From a bacterium (GTDB lineage Bacteria; UBA8248): 64,000 nt of DNA. Below, one piece after another: positions 38,073 to 47,390 of the stretch; within the stretch, counting starts at the first letter, position 1, and every line of letters starts with the position of its first letter. The stretch is from assembly GCA_965219955.1 (NCBI GenBank), contig OZ244799.1:3200001-3264000 (forward strand), given 5' to 3'. Below the pieces are notes generated by a model. That model was given only the letters and a program-made list of their open reading frames with translations. It was not told where the DNA came from and did no database searches. The translations under genes were made by a program, and so were the position numbers.

Positions 38073-40724
38073 GTGGAACTCTTCTTTCTCGCACTGCTGA
38101 TCCTGGCCATGGCCGGGGCGCTGGCGTCGGGTTACCCGGTGGCCTTCGCGCTGCCCGGCTCGGCCATCCTGACCATCGGACTCGCCTCGCTCACCGGCTA
38201 CATCTTCGCAGGCGACGCCAGCGCCTTCTTCGCGCAGGACGGCCCCGTTCAGTGGCTCACGGCCGGCGTGACCAATTTCCGGGGCGTCTACTGGGAGGTC
38301 GAGCGCGACACCATCATCGCCGTGCCCCTGTTCGTGTTCATGGGCATCATGCTGCAGCGCTCGAAGATCGCCGAAGACCTGCTGGTGACCATGGCGCGCC
38401 TGTTCGGGCCGGTTCCGGGCGGTCTCGGCATCTCGGTGGTGCTGGTGGGGGCGCTGCTCGCCGCCACGACCGGCATTCTCGGCGCCACCGTGGTCGCCAT
38501 GGGCCTCATCTCGCTGCCGGCCATGCTGCGCAACGGCTACTCGCGCCAGCTCGCCACCGGGACCATCTGCGCGGCGGGCACGCTGGGGCAGATCATCCCG
38601 CCCTCCGTGGTGCTCATCATCCTGGCCGACCAGCTCTCGAACGCCACCGATCAGGCGGGCACGCTGCGGCTGGTGGACTTCAAGGCCTCCACCGGCCAGT
38701 TCATCATGCCCACGGAGTTCAGCATCACCTCGGCCAGCGCGGGCGACATGTTCCTGGGGGCCATCGTTCCCGGCCTGGTGCTGGTGGGCCTCTACGTCAT
38801 CTACATTCTCACGGTCGCCCTCATACGGCCCGGCACCGCGCCGGCCATCCCCATGATAGGAAGCTTCGACCGCCAGTTCGCCTTCCGCGTCCTGTTGGCG
38901 CTCATTCCGCCCCTGGCGCTCATCCTGGCCGTCCTCGGCTCCATCATCGCGGGGGTCGCCACGGTCAACCAGGCCGGCGCCATCGGCGCCGTCGGCGCCA
39001 CCATCATGGCGGGGTACCGCTTGAATGAAGGGCAGCGCGGGTGCTACACGCCGGCCATCATCGCGGGCCTTTCCCTGCTGGCGCTCTTCATCCTGCTGGC
39101 CACCTTCGATCTGAACATACGCACCATTCACGGCGCCTACGAGGCCATCGGCGTGACGTTCGCGGCCATCGCGGTCTTCGGGCTGCTGGTCTCCGTGGCC
39201 TGGAGCGGCTGGCGCGCCTACCGCAGCGAGAACATGCTCGCGGGCGTCATGGTCGAGACCGCCAAGACGACGGCCATGGTCTTCATCATCCTCCTGGGCG
39301 CGGCCATGCTCACCTCCGCCTTCCGGGGCTTCGGCGGCGAGGAGTTGGTGAAAGAGTTCCTCACCACCCTGCCGGGCGGTTTCTGGAGCCAGTTCATCGT
39401 CGTCATGGCGGTCATCTTCATCTTGGGTTTTTTCCTCGATTTCATCGAGATCGCGGTGGTGGTGGTGCCCATCGTGGCCCCCATCCTTCTCTCGGACCCC
39501 TCGGCCAACGTCACCGCGGTCTGGCTCGGGGTGATGATAGGCGTCAACATGCAGACCTCCTTCCTGACGCCGCCGTTCGGTTTCGCGCTGTTCTACCTGC
39601 GCGGCGTGGCGCCGCCCGACGTGCTGACGACGGACATCTACAAGGGCGTGGTCCCCTTCATCGTGCTGCAACTCCTGGCCCTGGGCATCGTCGGCTTCTA
39701 TCCTCCCCTGGTGAACTACCTGCCGATGCGCACCTCGCTCACCGGCGAGACCGCGCCGCCGCCGCGGAACCCGCGCTTACAGAACTGCCTGGAGCAGCAC
39801 CTCTTCGAGCAGTACGACCGCGACGGCGAGACGATACGCGCGAGCATACGAACCGCGCAGAAACTCGATACCGGCTATCTGCCCAAAAAAGTCCGGGGGC
39901 AACTGACCGGCGGCATGGAGAAGGCGGCCCGGACTTTCGATCTGGTCGCGCAGGTGCGCCGCACAAATGCCGAGCGAAAGAAGTTCGGGGAAACCTACAA
40001 GCCCTTGCATACCGTCATCAGGCGCGTCAACGCGGAGGAAAGGCGGATCGACCGCGAGATCCGCGAGATCCGCACCACCATCCGGCGCATGGGGGGCGAC
40101 ACGGACGCCGCGGCGGCGCTGCGCCACGAGATCGAGGAGTTGACGAAGCAAAGGGCCCGCGCCGAGGCGAGACGCCCCGAAGGCGGGAAGAAGATGCGCC
40201 GTCGTTACCTGACGCTCGAAAAGAAGGAAACCCGCGCCCGCCGCAACTACCGGCGCAACGTGGACGACGCCTACACTTCCGTGCGCAAGGTGCGCGAGAT
40301 GCTGGCGAAGGTAGCGGCTCTTGAGAAGGCGGGTGCCAAGCTCAAGAGGCTGCCCGAAATCCTCCAGACGCAGACGGCCAAAAAGGCGGGTTCCGCCATC
40401 CGTGAAGCCGAGCGGGCGTTCAGAAAAGTTCCCGGAACCTACAATTTACGTTCCAACCTCTCCAGGGCGCGCTCGGATTCCAGGCGCGGCAAGTCAGGCC
40501 TGAAGCGCGCCGAAAAGCGCCTGAAAGATGTGATCGCCCTGTTCGAGCGCGAGGTGGCCTGGCGCTCCCGCGCCGCCCGTGAGCTCGACTCCGGCCTGGC
40601 CACTTACGAAGCCGCCATACGCGGAACCATCGGGATCCGGCAGCTCGAGCGGCTCCCAACCCGGCTCGCGAAACCCGTGGCGGCCTGCATGTCGAACCAC
40701 CGCGACATCTCGCTGAGCTTCTAG
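38073..40724 (+). CDS. dctM: TRAP transporter large permease with long C-terminal soluble extension
   Basis: AVPLFVFMGIML, GTLGQIIPPS, GFFLDFIEI, QTSFLTPPFGFALFYLRG, followed by about 330 aa of charged helical sequence. Confidence 0.92.
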   Translation: MELFFLALLILAMAGALASGYPVAFALPGSAILTIGLASLTGYIFAGDASAFFAQDGPVQWLTAGVTNFRGVYWEVERDTIIAVPLFVFMGIMLQRSKIAEDLLVTMARLFGPVPGGLGISVVLVGALLAATTGILGATVVAMGLISLPAMLRNGYSRQLATGTICAAGTLGQIIPPSVVLIILADQLSNATDQAGTLRLVDFKASTGQFIMPTEFSITSASAGDMFLGAIVPGLVLVGLYVIYILTVALIRPGTAPAIPMIGSFDRQFAFRVLLALIPPLALILAVLGSIIAGVATVNQAGAIGAVGATIMAGYRLNEGQRGCYTPAIIAGLSLLALFILLATFDLNIRTIHGAYEAIGVTFAAIAVFGLLVSVAWSGWRAYRSENMLAGVMVETAKTTAMVFIILLGAAMLTSAFRGFGGEELVKEFLTTLPGGFWSQFIVVMAVIFILGFFLDFIEIAVVVVPIVAPILLSDPSANVTAVWLGVMIGVNMQTSFLTPPFGFALFYLRGVAPPDVLTTDIYKGVVPFIVLQLLALGIVGFYPPLVNYLPMRTSLTGETAPPPRNPRLQNCLEQHLFEQYDRDGETIRASIRTAQKLDTGYLPKKVRGQLTGGMEKAARTFDLVAQVRRTNAERKKFGETYKPLHTVIRRVNAEERRIDREIREIRTTIRRMGGDTDAAAALRHEIEELTKQRARAEARRPEGGKKMRRRYLTLEKKETRARRNYRRNVDDAYTSVRKVREMLAKVAALEKAGAKLKRLPEILQTQTAKKAGSAIREAERAFRKVPGTYNLRSNLSRARSDSRRGKSGLKRAEKRLKDVIALFEREVAWRSRAARELDSGLATYEAAIRGTIGIRQLERLPTRLAKPVAACMSNHRDISLSF

Positions 40725-41585
40725 GGGTAGTTGCAAACCCCGCCCCGCCTGGAATCAACCATTGCCGTCATTCCGGCAATCATTTCCGACCAAGGCGGGA
40801 GGGAATGCGGAATCCGGCGCAGAGCGGAATGGCAATACTCCGGCTTTTCATCTCCTCGTCACTGGCGGGAACCAACCAGAAAATAAAAAAAGCAAAACAG
40901 ATGGACTCCGCAAACCCTCCTGTATCGGGGTTGTTGGAAAAGCTCTGTATGCATCCCCTGGAAACCGCCGACACCTCTTTCCTCACCCTGAGTAGCCGCC
41001 GAAGGTAAAACGCGACTGAGAAAGGAGCGTTTGTATCGAAGGGCGAGGGGCTCGCGCCGTGGCAAGAGGCATCCTTCGATACGGCGCTTACGCGCCTACT
41101 CAGGATGAGGCGGTGTGGTTTTGTTCGTCATTCCGGCGAAAGCCGGAATCCATTTTTCGCCTTCGCCTTTTCGTTCGGACGTTTTTACTCCCGTGCGGGG
41201 CGGATCGGAATCAAACACAAAAACGAAAGGCGAATTCTCTGGATTCTGCATTCGGACGCCGCGCGACAATAAGGTCGTGGCCGCCCTGCCCGGTGAAAAG
41301 TCAAAATGGATTCCGGCTTTCGCCGGAATGACGGCGGTGGTCACTTCCGCGCGAGGGGGAGCTTTTTCAACAACCCCATAAGGGGGGTAGGGGGGGTTGC
41401 CTTTCAACAAATGGGGGGGCAATCGAACCGACCGAGGAGGCACCGCCCCGTAGGGACAGGCCTCCGTGCCTGTCCTGATTCTAACCATCCTGCAAAAGGA
41501 CAACCACGGAGGGCAGGACAACCCCAAAGGGTTGTCCCTACTACAACCGCAACAACGACTGACGAGGACTTTTCAACAGCCCCCT
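40725..41585. repeat. Largest composite palindromic repeat array
   Basis: Several TTGAAAA/TTTTCAAC termini; CCTGAGTAG/CTACTCAGG module (40981-41110); GTCATTCCGGCGAAAGCCGGAATCCA pair (41127-41152, 41307-41332); GTAG doublet (41450-41541). Confidence 0.9.
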
Positions 41586-41709
41586 TCCAGGGGCGCCATC
41601 CGCAGCGTGGAATCAAAACGAAAGCGGATTCGCTGCAATTCCATTGCACCCCGGCGAGTCCGTGCCCAACCGCTCCGCCGTCCGGCGCCGTCGTCCCCCG
41701 CCTGTTCCG

Positions 41710-43032
41710 CTATCCGGCGAAGTGGTCCAAAGCAGCGAACCCGATACCCATCAGCGCCGCGACGCCCAGGGTTCTCATGAGAGACTGGTGCCGCCACAGG
41801 AGCATGATCGCGCTCACGGCGCCGACGAGCAGAACCCGCCAGTCCAGGGTGTGCCAGACCGGCGCCAGCAGCTTGACCGGGCCGATTTCCACGGTCGGCA
41901 GTTCGGCGAACAGGACGTGCAGGCCGAACCAGATGGAGAGGTTGAGGATGACGCCCACCACCGCCGCCGTGATCGACTCCAGCGCGCCCTTCAGCCTCGG
42001 CTGGGCCGTGAGCTGCTCGATATAGGGCGCGCCCGCGAATATCCACAGGAAACAGGGCGCGAACGTGACCCAGAGCGTGACCAGCGCGCCGGCGATTCCC
42101 ATGCTCACGCCGCCCGCCCGGTAGGCTGCGACGTAGCCGACGAACTCCGTGACCAGTATCAGCGGCCCCGGGGTGGTTTCCGCCAGCCCCAGGCCGTCCA
42201 TCATTTCACCGGCGCTCAACCAGCCCTTATGGGTCACCACGTCCTGCGCCAGGTAGGCGAGCACCGCGTAGGCGCCGCCAAACGTGACCACCGCGAGGCG
42301 GGAGAAGAAATTGCCGATCCGCACCAGAACCTCGTAGCCGCCCAGGGCCGCCAGCAGCAGCACCGGCGTCCACCAGACGGCCATCCATATCGCCACCGTC
42401 CTCACCGTGCCGGATACCGACCCGCCGCCCCGCCCGCTCCCGGTCTCTCCGGCGCTCCCGCCGCCCAGCAGGAAAAATCCGGCCAGGGCGGATGCCAGGA
42501 TGATGAGGGGGAAGGGAGCCGACAGAAAGAAGATGGCCACGAAGGCCAGGCCGGCGATGACCCAGTGCACGGCGGAGTGCAGCGCTCGTTTCGCCACCCT
42601 CAGCAATGCCTCCATCACGATGATGAGAACCGCGCCCTTGATCCCCAGGAACAGCGCGGCCATGACCGGCAGGTGGCCCACGGCCATGTACAGCATCGCC
42701 AGCCCGAGCACCACCAGAGCGCCCGGCACCACGAACAGGAGGCCCGCCAGCAGCCCGCCGGGCACGCCGCGAAGCCGCCACCCCGAGTAGGTGGCGAGCT
42801 GCATGGCCTCGGGGCCGGGCAGCAGCATGCAGAAGCTGAGCGCGCCCAGGAACCTCGGCTCGTCGAGCCACTTCTCCTCCTCCACCAGGATTCGGTGCAT
42901 GACCGCTATCTGCGCCGCCGGGCCGCCGAAGGAGAGTATCCCGACCCGCCAGAATACGGCGAGCATCCGGCGCCATGAGATGTCCGGCTCCAGGCGCGCG
43001 TCGCCGCCTGCGGAGTCTGCGGGGCCCATCAT
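41710..43032 (-). CDS. chrA: Chromate efflux transporter
   Basis: SFGGPAAQIAVMH, LPGPEAMQLATY, TFGGAYAVL, LAETTPGPLI. Confidence 0.95.
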   Translation of the reverse strand: MMGPADSAGGDARLEPDISWRRMLAVFWRVGILSFGGPAAQIAVMHRILVEEEKWLDEPRFLGALSFCMLLPGPEAMQLATYSGWRLRGVPGGLLAGLLFVVPGALVVLGLAMLYMAVGHLPVMAALFLGIKGAVLIIVMEALLRVAKRALHSAVHWVIAGLAFVAIFFLSAPFPLIILASALAGFFLLGGGSAGETGSGRGGGSVSGTVRTVAIWMAVWWTPVLLLAALGGYEVLVRIGNFFSRLAVVTFGGAYAVLAYLAQDVVTHKGWLSAGEMMDGLGLAETTPGPLILVTEFVGYVAAYRAGGVSMGIAGALVTLWVTFAPCFLWIFAGAPYIEQLTAQPRLKGALESITAAVVGVILNLSIWFGLHVLFAELPTVEIGPVKLLAPVWHTLDWRVLLVGAVSAIMLLWRHQSLMRTLGVAALMGIGFAALDHFAG

Positions 43033-43068
43033 CGTTCTCCCTTCACAGCCGGCGAACCCTTCTTATTC

Positions 43069-43525
43069 GGGGTTGTTGAAAAGGCCTGCAATGCCGGAAT
43101 GACGGCAATCGGATTCCGCCTTGGCGAAGGGAGTGTAGGGGCCGCATACATGCGGCCCGTCGCAGGGCGGCGAAAAACCAGGGACGCATATATGCGTCCC
43201 CTACACACAAACAAATTTCCTCTCCGGGTTTTTCAACAGCCCCACACAAGCGTCCCTTTGCTTATGATCGTCATTCCGGCGAAAGCCGGAATCCATTTTC
43301 GCCTTTGCCTTTTCGCCCCCTCGTTCGGACGTCTTTACTCTCGGGCGGGGAGAAGCGGAATCGAACACAAAAACGAAAGGCGAATTCTCTGGATTCCGCA
43401 TCCGGCCGCCGGGCAACAACAAGGTCTTGGCCGCCCCGCCCGGTAAAAAGTCAAAATGGATTCCGGCTTTCGCCGGAATGACGACGGTGGTCAATTCTGA
43501 GCGAGGAGGACTTTTCCAACAACCC
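43069..43525. repeat. Composite palindromic repeat array
   Basis: GGGGTTGTTGAAAA (43069); GTAG doublet (43135-43204); TTTTTCAACAGCCCC; unit 43270-43482 closely similar to 41127-41332. Confidence 0.9.
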
Positions 43526-43576
43526 TCCAAAGTCCGGCTCGAGGCGACTTCCCGGCGGTCATGCCCCGGCGCGCTG

Positions 43577-44599
43577 CTACTCTGCCGTGCGCTGGAAATG
43601 GGGGAGGACTTCCTCTCCGAGCAGGCGAATCGCGTTCATGATCTTCGCGTGATCGAGGCCCGGAAACTGGATGCGGAAGTGCATCGAGGTCGTTCCGAGT
43701 TCGTCCCGGTATCGTTCGATCTGGCGGATGCAGTCATCCGGCGAACCCAGGATGAAGCGCTGCCTGAGATTTTCCGTGGCTTCGGCGCCCCGCTTCACCG
43801 GCCTGCCCTCGTCGTCCACCAGATGGCCCCAGTCGAGATACTCCTGGTAGTTGTAGAGGATGGGGTCGCACGCCTCCTCCCAGGCCTGCTCGCTCTCCTC
43901 AGCCACGTAGGCTTCGCGCCTCAGGGGGAACTCCACGCCGGACGCGTCCTTCCCCGCCTCGGCCAGGGCGTCGAGATAGACCTGTTTCCGCTCCTTGAGC
44001 AATTTGAGCGGCGTGACCGGATCGGCGAGCCATGCGTCTCCCATGCGCGCGGCGCGGCGGACGGCGGCGGGCAGCTTGGCCCCCACCCAGATGGGCGGGC
44101 ACGGCTTCTGCTCCGGCCGGGGCATGAGGGTGACGTCCTCCATCGGGAAGCAGGGGCCCGGGTGCGTCACGCCCCGCTCCGTCAGCAGCCTGCGAAGGAG
44201 CCCGAGAGCTTCTTCGAAACGGGCGGCGCGATCCTCGAAAGGGACACCAAACGCCGCGAATTCCTCCCGCCTGTAGCCGAGCCCCACCCCAAGCACGAAG
44301 CGGCCCCGGGACATGATGTCCAGTACCGCCGCGTCCTCGGCCACCGCCAGCGGGTGATAGAAGGGAAGAAGGAGGACGCAGGTGCCGATTCGCATCTTCT
44401 CCGTCCGGGTGGCGATGCCGGCGGCGGTCACCATGTTGGAGGGGAAATAGCCGTTGTCCTCCACCATGTGGTGTTCGCTCGTCGTCACCATGTCGAAGCC
44501 GTACCCCTCCGCCAGTTCAATCTGCTCAAGCGAATTGTGATAGGCGCCCACCCAGTCCCCGGTGCGGGACTGGTAGCTGTAGTGCAGGGCGAATTTCAT
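43577..44599 (-). CDS. LLM-class flavin-dependent oxidoreductase
   Basis: SEHH, HPLAVAEDAAVLDIMSRGRFVLGVGLGYR, PPIWVG. Confidence 0.92.
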   Translation of the reverse strand: MKFALHYSYQSRTGDWVGAYHNSLEQIELAEGYGFDMVTTSEHHMVEDNGYFPSNMVTAAGIATRTEKMRIGTCVLLLPFYHPLAVAEDAAVLDIMSRGRFVLGVGLGYRREEFAAFGVPFEDRAARFEEALGLLRRLLTERGVTHPGPCFPMEDVTLMPRPEQKPCPPIWVGAKLPAAVRRAARMGDAWLADPVTPLKLLKERKQVYLDALAEAGKDASGVEFPLRREAYVAEESEQAWEEACDPILYNYQEYLDWGHLVDDEGRPVKRGAEATENLRQRFILGSPDDCIRQIERYRDELGTTSMHFRIQFPGLDHAKIMNAIRLLGEEVLPHFQRTAE

Positions 44600-44611
44600 G
44601 GCTCCATCCTC

Positions 44612-46006
44612 CTACAGGACGGCTTCGGGCTTGCCGCGCGGGACGAACTGCCCGTAGCCCGGCTCCTGCACGAGTTCCCCGTCCCGGAGGAGCGGCTTGC
44701 CGCGCAGGAGGCTGAGCTCCAGTTTGCCTTTGAGCTCCCAACCCTCGAATAGCGAGTAGTCGGAGTTCGTGTGCTGCCCCGCCGCCGTCACCCTCGAACT
44801 CCCCTCCGGGTCGACCACGACGAGGTCGGCGTCCGAGCCGACGAGGAGCGCGCCTTTCTGCGGGTAGCAGCCCAGGGCGCGCGCGGGATTCTCGCTCGTG
44901 AGCTGCACGAGGCGCTCGACGGAAATCCTCCCCCGGGCGACGCCCTCGCTGTAGAGAACCGGAAGAAGCGTCTCGATGCCCGGCGCGCCGAAGGGCGATT
45001 CGGTGAAGGGCGGATCGTTCTTCTGCGCCTTCGTGTAGGGGGCGTGGTCGCTCCCGATGAGGCTGATCCATCCTTCCCCGATACCCTTCCAGAGCGCTTC
45101 GATGTCGGCCTCCGCCCGCAACGGAGGCGCCACCTTGGCCGGTGCGCCCATCTCCCGTATGGCATCTCCTGTTAAAGTCAGGTACTGCGGGCAGGTTTCC
45201 ACGACGATGTCCTTGCCGGCGGTGAGCCCGCGACGCGCCTCATCCAGGGCCAGCTCCGCCGTCAAGTGAACGATGTAGAGCGGGCAGCCCGCGAGGTCGG
45301 CCAGGTGGATCGATTTCGCGACCGACTCGGCCTCGAGCTCCGGCGGGCGTGAGAATTCCTGGAAGTCGGCGCCGTCCAGCCCGGCGTCGAACGCCTTGTT
45401 CTCCAGGTAGTCGATGACGGGGCCGTTTTCGGCGTGGACGAGCACCATGCCGCCGTGACGCCCCACGATGTCGAGCGCCGCGTAGAAGTATTCGTCCGGG
45501 ATGCAGCGGCCGCGGCCCCGCTTCTTGTAGCCCATCATGACCTTGAAGGTCGTGACGCCGCCCTCGATGGCCTTGGGGATCTCGGCGAGATACTCGAAAT
45601 CCTCGAATATCCAGGCGTGCAGCGAGAAGTCGACCACGCTCCCCGCTTCGCCCTCCTCGCGGATGCGCCCCAGCGTGGTGAGCATGGTCTCGTTCTCCTC
45701 GCCCGTGGCGAAGACGACCATGGTCGTGACGCCGCCGTGCGCGGCGCTGCGCGCGACGTCGGCGAGGGAATCGATATGGTTGGAGTACGCCCTGCAGTGG
45801 ACGTGGGGGTCGATGACGCCCGGAAGAACGAGCTTGCCCGAGACATCCAGGACCTCTTCGGCGGCCGGCATGCTCTCGGGCGCGCCGATACAGGCGACCC
45901 TCCCGTCCCGGACGCCGAGAGCGGCCTCCTGGCGGCCCTGGCCGGATACGATCGTGCCGCCCCTCACGAGCAGGTCGAGCGGTTTCTGGCGGGTGCTGTC
46001 TGTCAT
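44612..46006 (-). CDS. Cyclic amidohydrolase (dihydropyrimidinase/allantoinase/dihydroorotase family)
   Basis: PGVIDPHVH, GGVTT, FK, HAEN, YIVH, ETCPQYL, PPLR, SDHAP; GGGAGG RBS before ATG 46006. Confidence 0.92.
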   Translation of the reverse strand: MTDSTRQKPLDLLVRGGTIVSGQGRQEAALGVRDGRVACIGAPESMPAAEEVLDVSGKLVLPGVIDPHVHCRAYSNHIDSLADVARSAAHGGVTTMVVFATGEENETMLTTLGRIREEGEAGSVVDFSLHAWIFEDFEYLAEIPKAIEGGVTTFKVMMGYKKRGRGRCIPDEYFYAALDIVGRHGGMVLVHAENGPVIDYLENKAFDAGLDGADFQEFSRPPELEAESVAKSIHLADLAGCPLYIVHLTAELALDEARRGLTAGKDIVVETCPQYLTLTGDAIREMGAPAKVAPPLRAEADIEALWKGIGEGWISLIGSDHAPYTKAQKNDPPFTESPFGAPGIETLLPVLYSEGVARGRISVERLVQLTSENPARALGCYPQKGALLVGSDADLVVVDPEGSSRVTAAGQHTNSDYSLFEGWELKGKLELSLLRGKPLLRDGELVQEPGYGQFVPRGKPEAVL

Positions 46007-46197
46007 GAAAACCTCCCTTGCGGAGAGCCGCCGGCGCCGGAGCAGGCGGGCGTTTCGCGCCGTTTCCCTCTTTTGTGAGATGACCCGGCGACGAAGCGGC
46101 AATCGAAATTTGATTCTTCAGTTGATGATGAAGGAGCATACCATAAAAGCCACGTGAGTCGCCTGTGAATGGGGAATCGCAGCGGCGGGTCGCATAG

Positions 46198-46777
46198 AGG
46201 GTCGTTGAAAAGCCCCCAGAAATGAATCAACTCCCCCCTTGAGGGTCTGGCTTCCCGAGGGGAAAGCCAGACGATGAGCTAAGGGCGTAAGCCCGCAAGC
46301 GAATCAGTGGGGGGACATGCCACAGAAAAGAGCCCCCCACCGAATCGGCCTTCGCACAAACCGCTCGGCCTCTTCGACTCCCCCTCAGGGGGGGAGTGAA
46401 ATTCAAAAACATGCGTGAAATCCAAAATCGCTTCCCGAGGACTTTTTCAACAACCCCCTCAAGGGGGGAGTGAAATCTGGCGCGCTCCTTCTGTGGACTT
46501 TTTAAACAACCCCTTCGCCCCGAGTAGCGGCCCCGTTCGCCTCACCCTGAGTAGCCGCCGAAGGCGGCGTATCGAAGGGCGAGGAATTCGCGCCGTGGCG
46601 AGAGCAAACACTCATTCATCAATCGCGTTTGACCTTCGATACGGCGCTTGCGCGCCTACTCAGGATGAAGAAGGTGGGGGGCGGAACTTGTCCCGAGCGA
46701 CGTCGAGGGAGCCTGTCCTGAGCCTGTCGAAGGGCCGCTACTCAGGATGAGGCGGAGAGAGGTTTTTCAACAGCCCC
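46198..46777. repeat. Composite palindromic repeat array
   Basis: GGGGTCGTTGAAAAG (46198); cruciform module (46230-46399); CCTGAGTAG/CTACTCAGG module (46540-46750); TTTTTCAACAGCCCC (46763-46777). Confidence 0.9.
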
Positions 46778-46794
46778 TCCCCGGTCGGGTTTGA

Positions 46795-47154
46795 CTACTC
46801 GCTCAGGACCTTGTCGGCCCATTCGACCAGGGCCACGAGGTCCGGCGGCGTCACGAAACGCGCGTTCTTGCCTTCCAGGTCGGCTTCGGTGACCGCACGG
46901 GCCCGCGAACACGCCGTTCATATGTTGACGGGAATCCCGTGTTCTACAGTTCGGGCGAACGTCTCCCGCAGGGGCGGCCAGCCCACGGGCGTCACCGCGT
47001 TCAACACCGCATCCTTCATCAGGCTCACCGCCTCGCCGAGCAGGAACAGCCGCACCTCGTGGCCGGCTTCGGCGAATGCGTTCGCGTGCTGAAAGGCGAA
47101 GGACGCCTTGGTGGACTCGTCCGACCCCCAGGGGCTTTTGATGAGGACTTTCAT
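46795..47154 (-). CDS. Probable selenoprotein, DsrE/DsrF-like (UxxC); truncated in the ORF track
   Basis: GGGAGG RBS. MKVLIKSPWGSD...GHEVRLFLLGEAV...GIPVNI-[TGA 46920-46918]-T-A-C-SRARAVTEADLEGKNARFVTPPDLVALVEWADKVLSE-TAG. Read-through gives a complete 119-aa DsrE-like sequence. Confidence 0.88.
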
Positions 47155-47390
47155 GCGGCGACCTCCCATGAAAACGAGTGATGGCGACCTGAACGGGCAG
47201 TGGACAGCGGGTTACAAGCGCGAGCCGTCGCGGGTAAAAATAGCACCGCCGGCCGCACGGCGGCAATCGGGGCGGGGATGACAGGAAGCGGATTCTTGAT
47301 TAGGATCATCAAAAAAACGAAAGTGCACATCCGTTTTCACAGATTCGAACGACGCCTTTTGTCTCGGGTCGAAACTCTCTCCGGAAGGAG

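Noticed and set aside
41059-41649. Small ORFs in repeat arrays (VIPAKAGI, PPYPPLSGG, TPPLRGS peptides)
   Set aside because: They are translations of the palindromic repeats and recur in many frames without an RBS.
5337-46777. CRISPR array
   Set aside because: The repeats are palindromes in inverted pairs with irregular spacing and re-used spacers. There is no run of direct repeats with unique equal-length spacers and no cas gene.
18180-47154. Treating the two UGA-interrupted genes as pseudogenes
   Set aside because: In both, the only lesion is a TGA exactly at a redox Cys position, with an intact RBS and downstream frame. Sec is the simpler explanation, although selABCD are not in this window.
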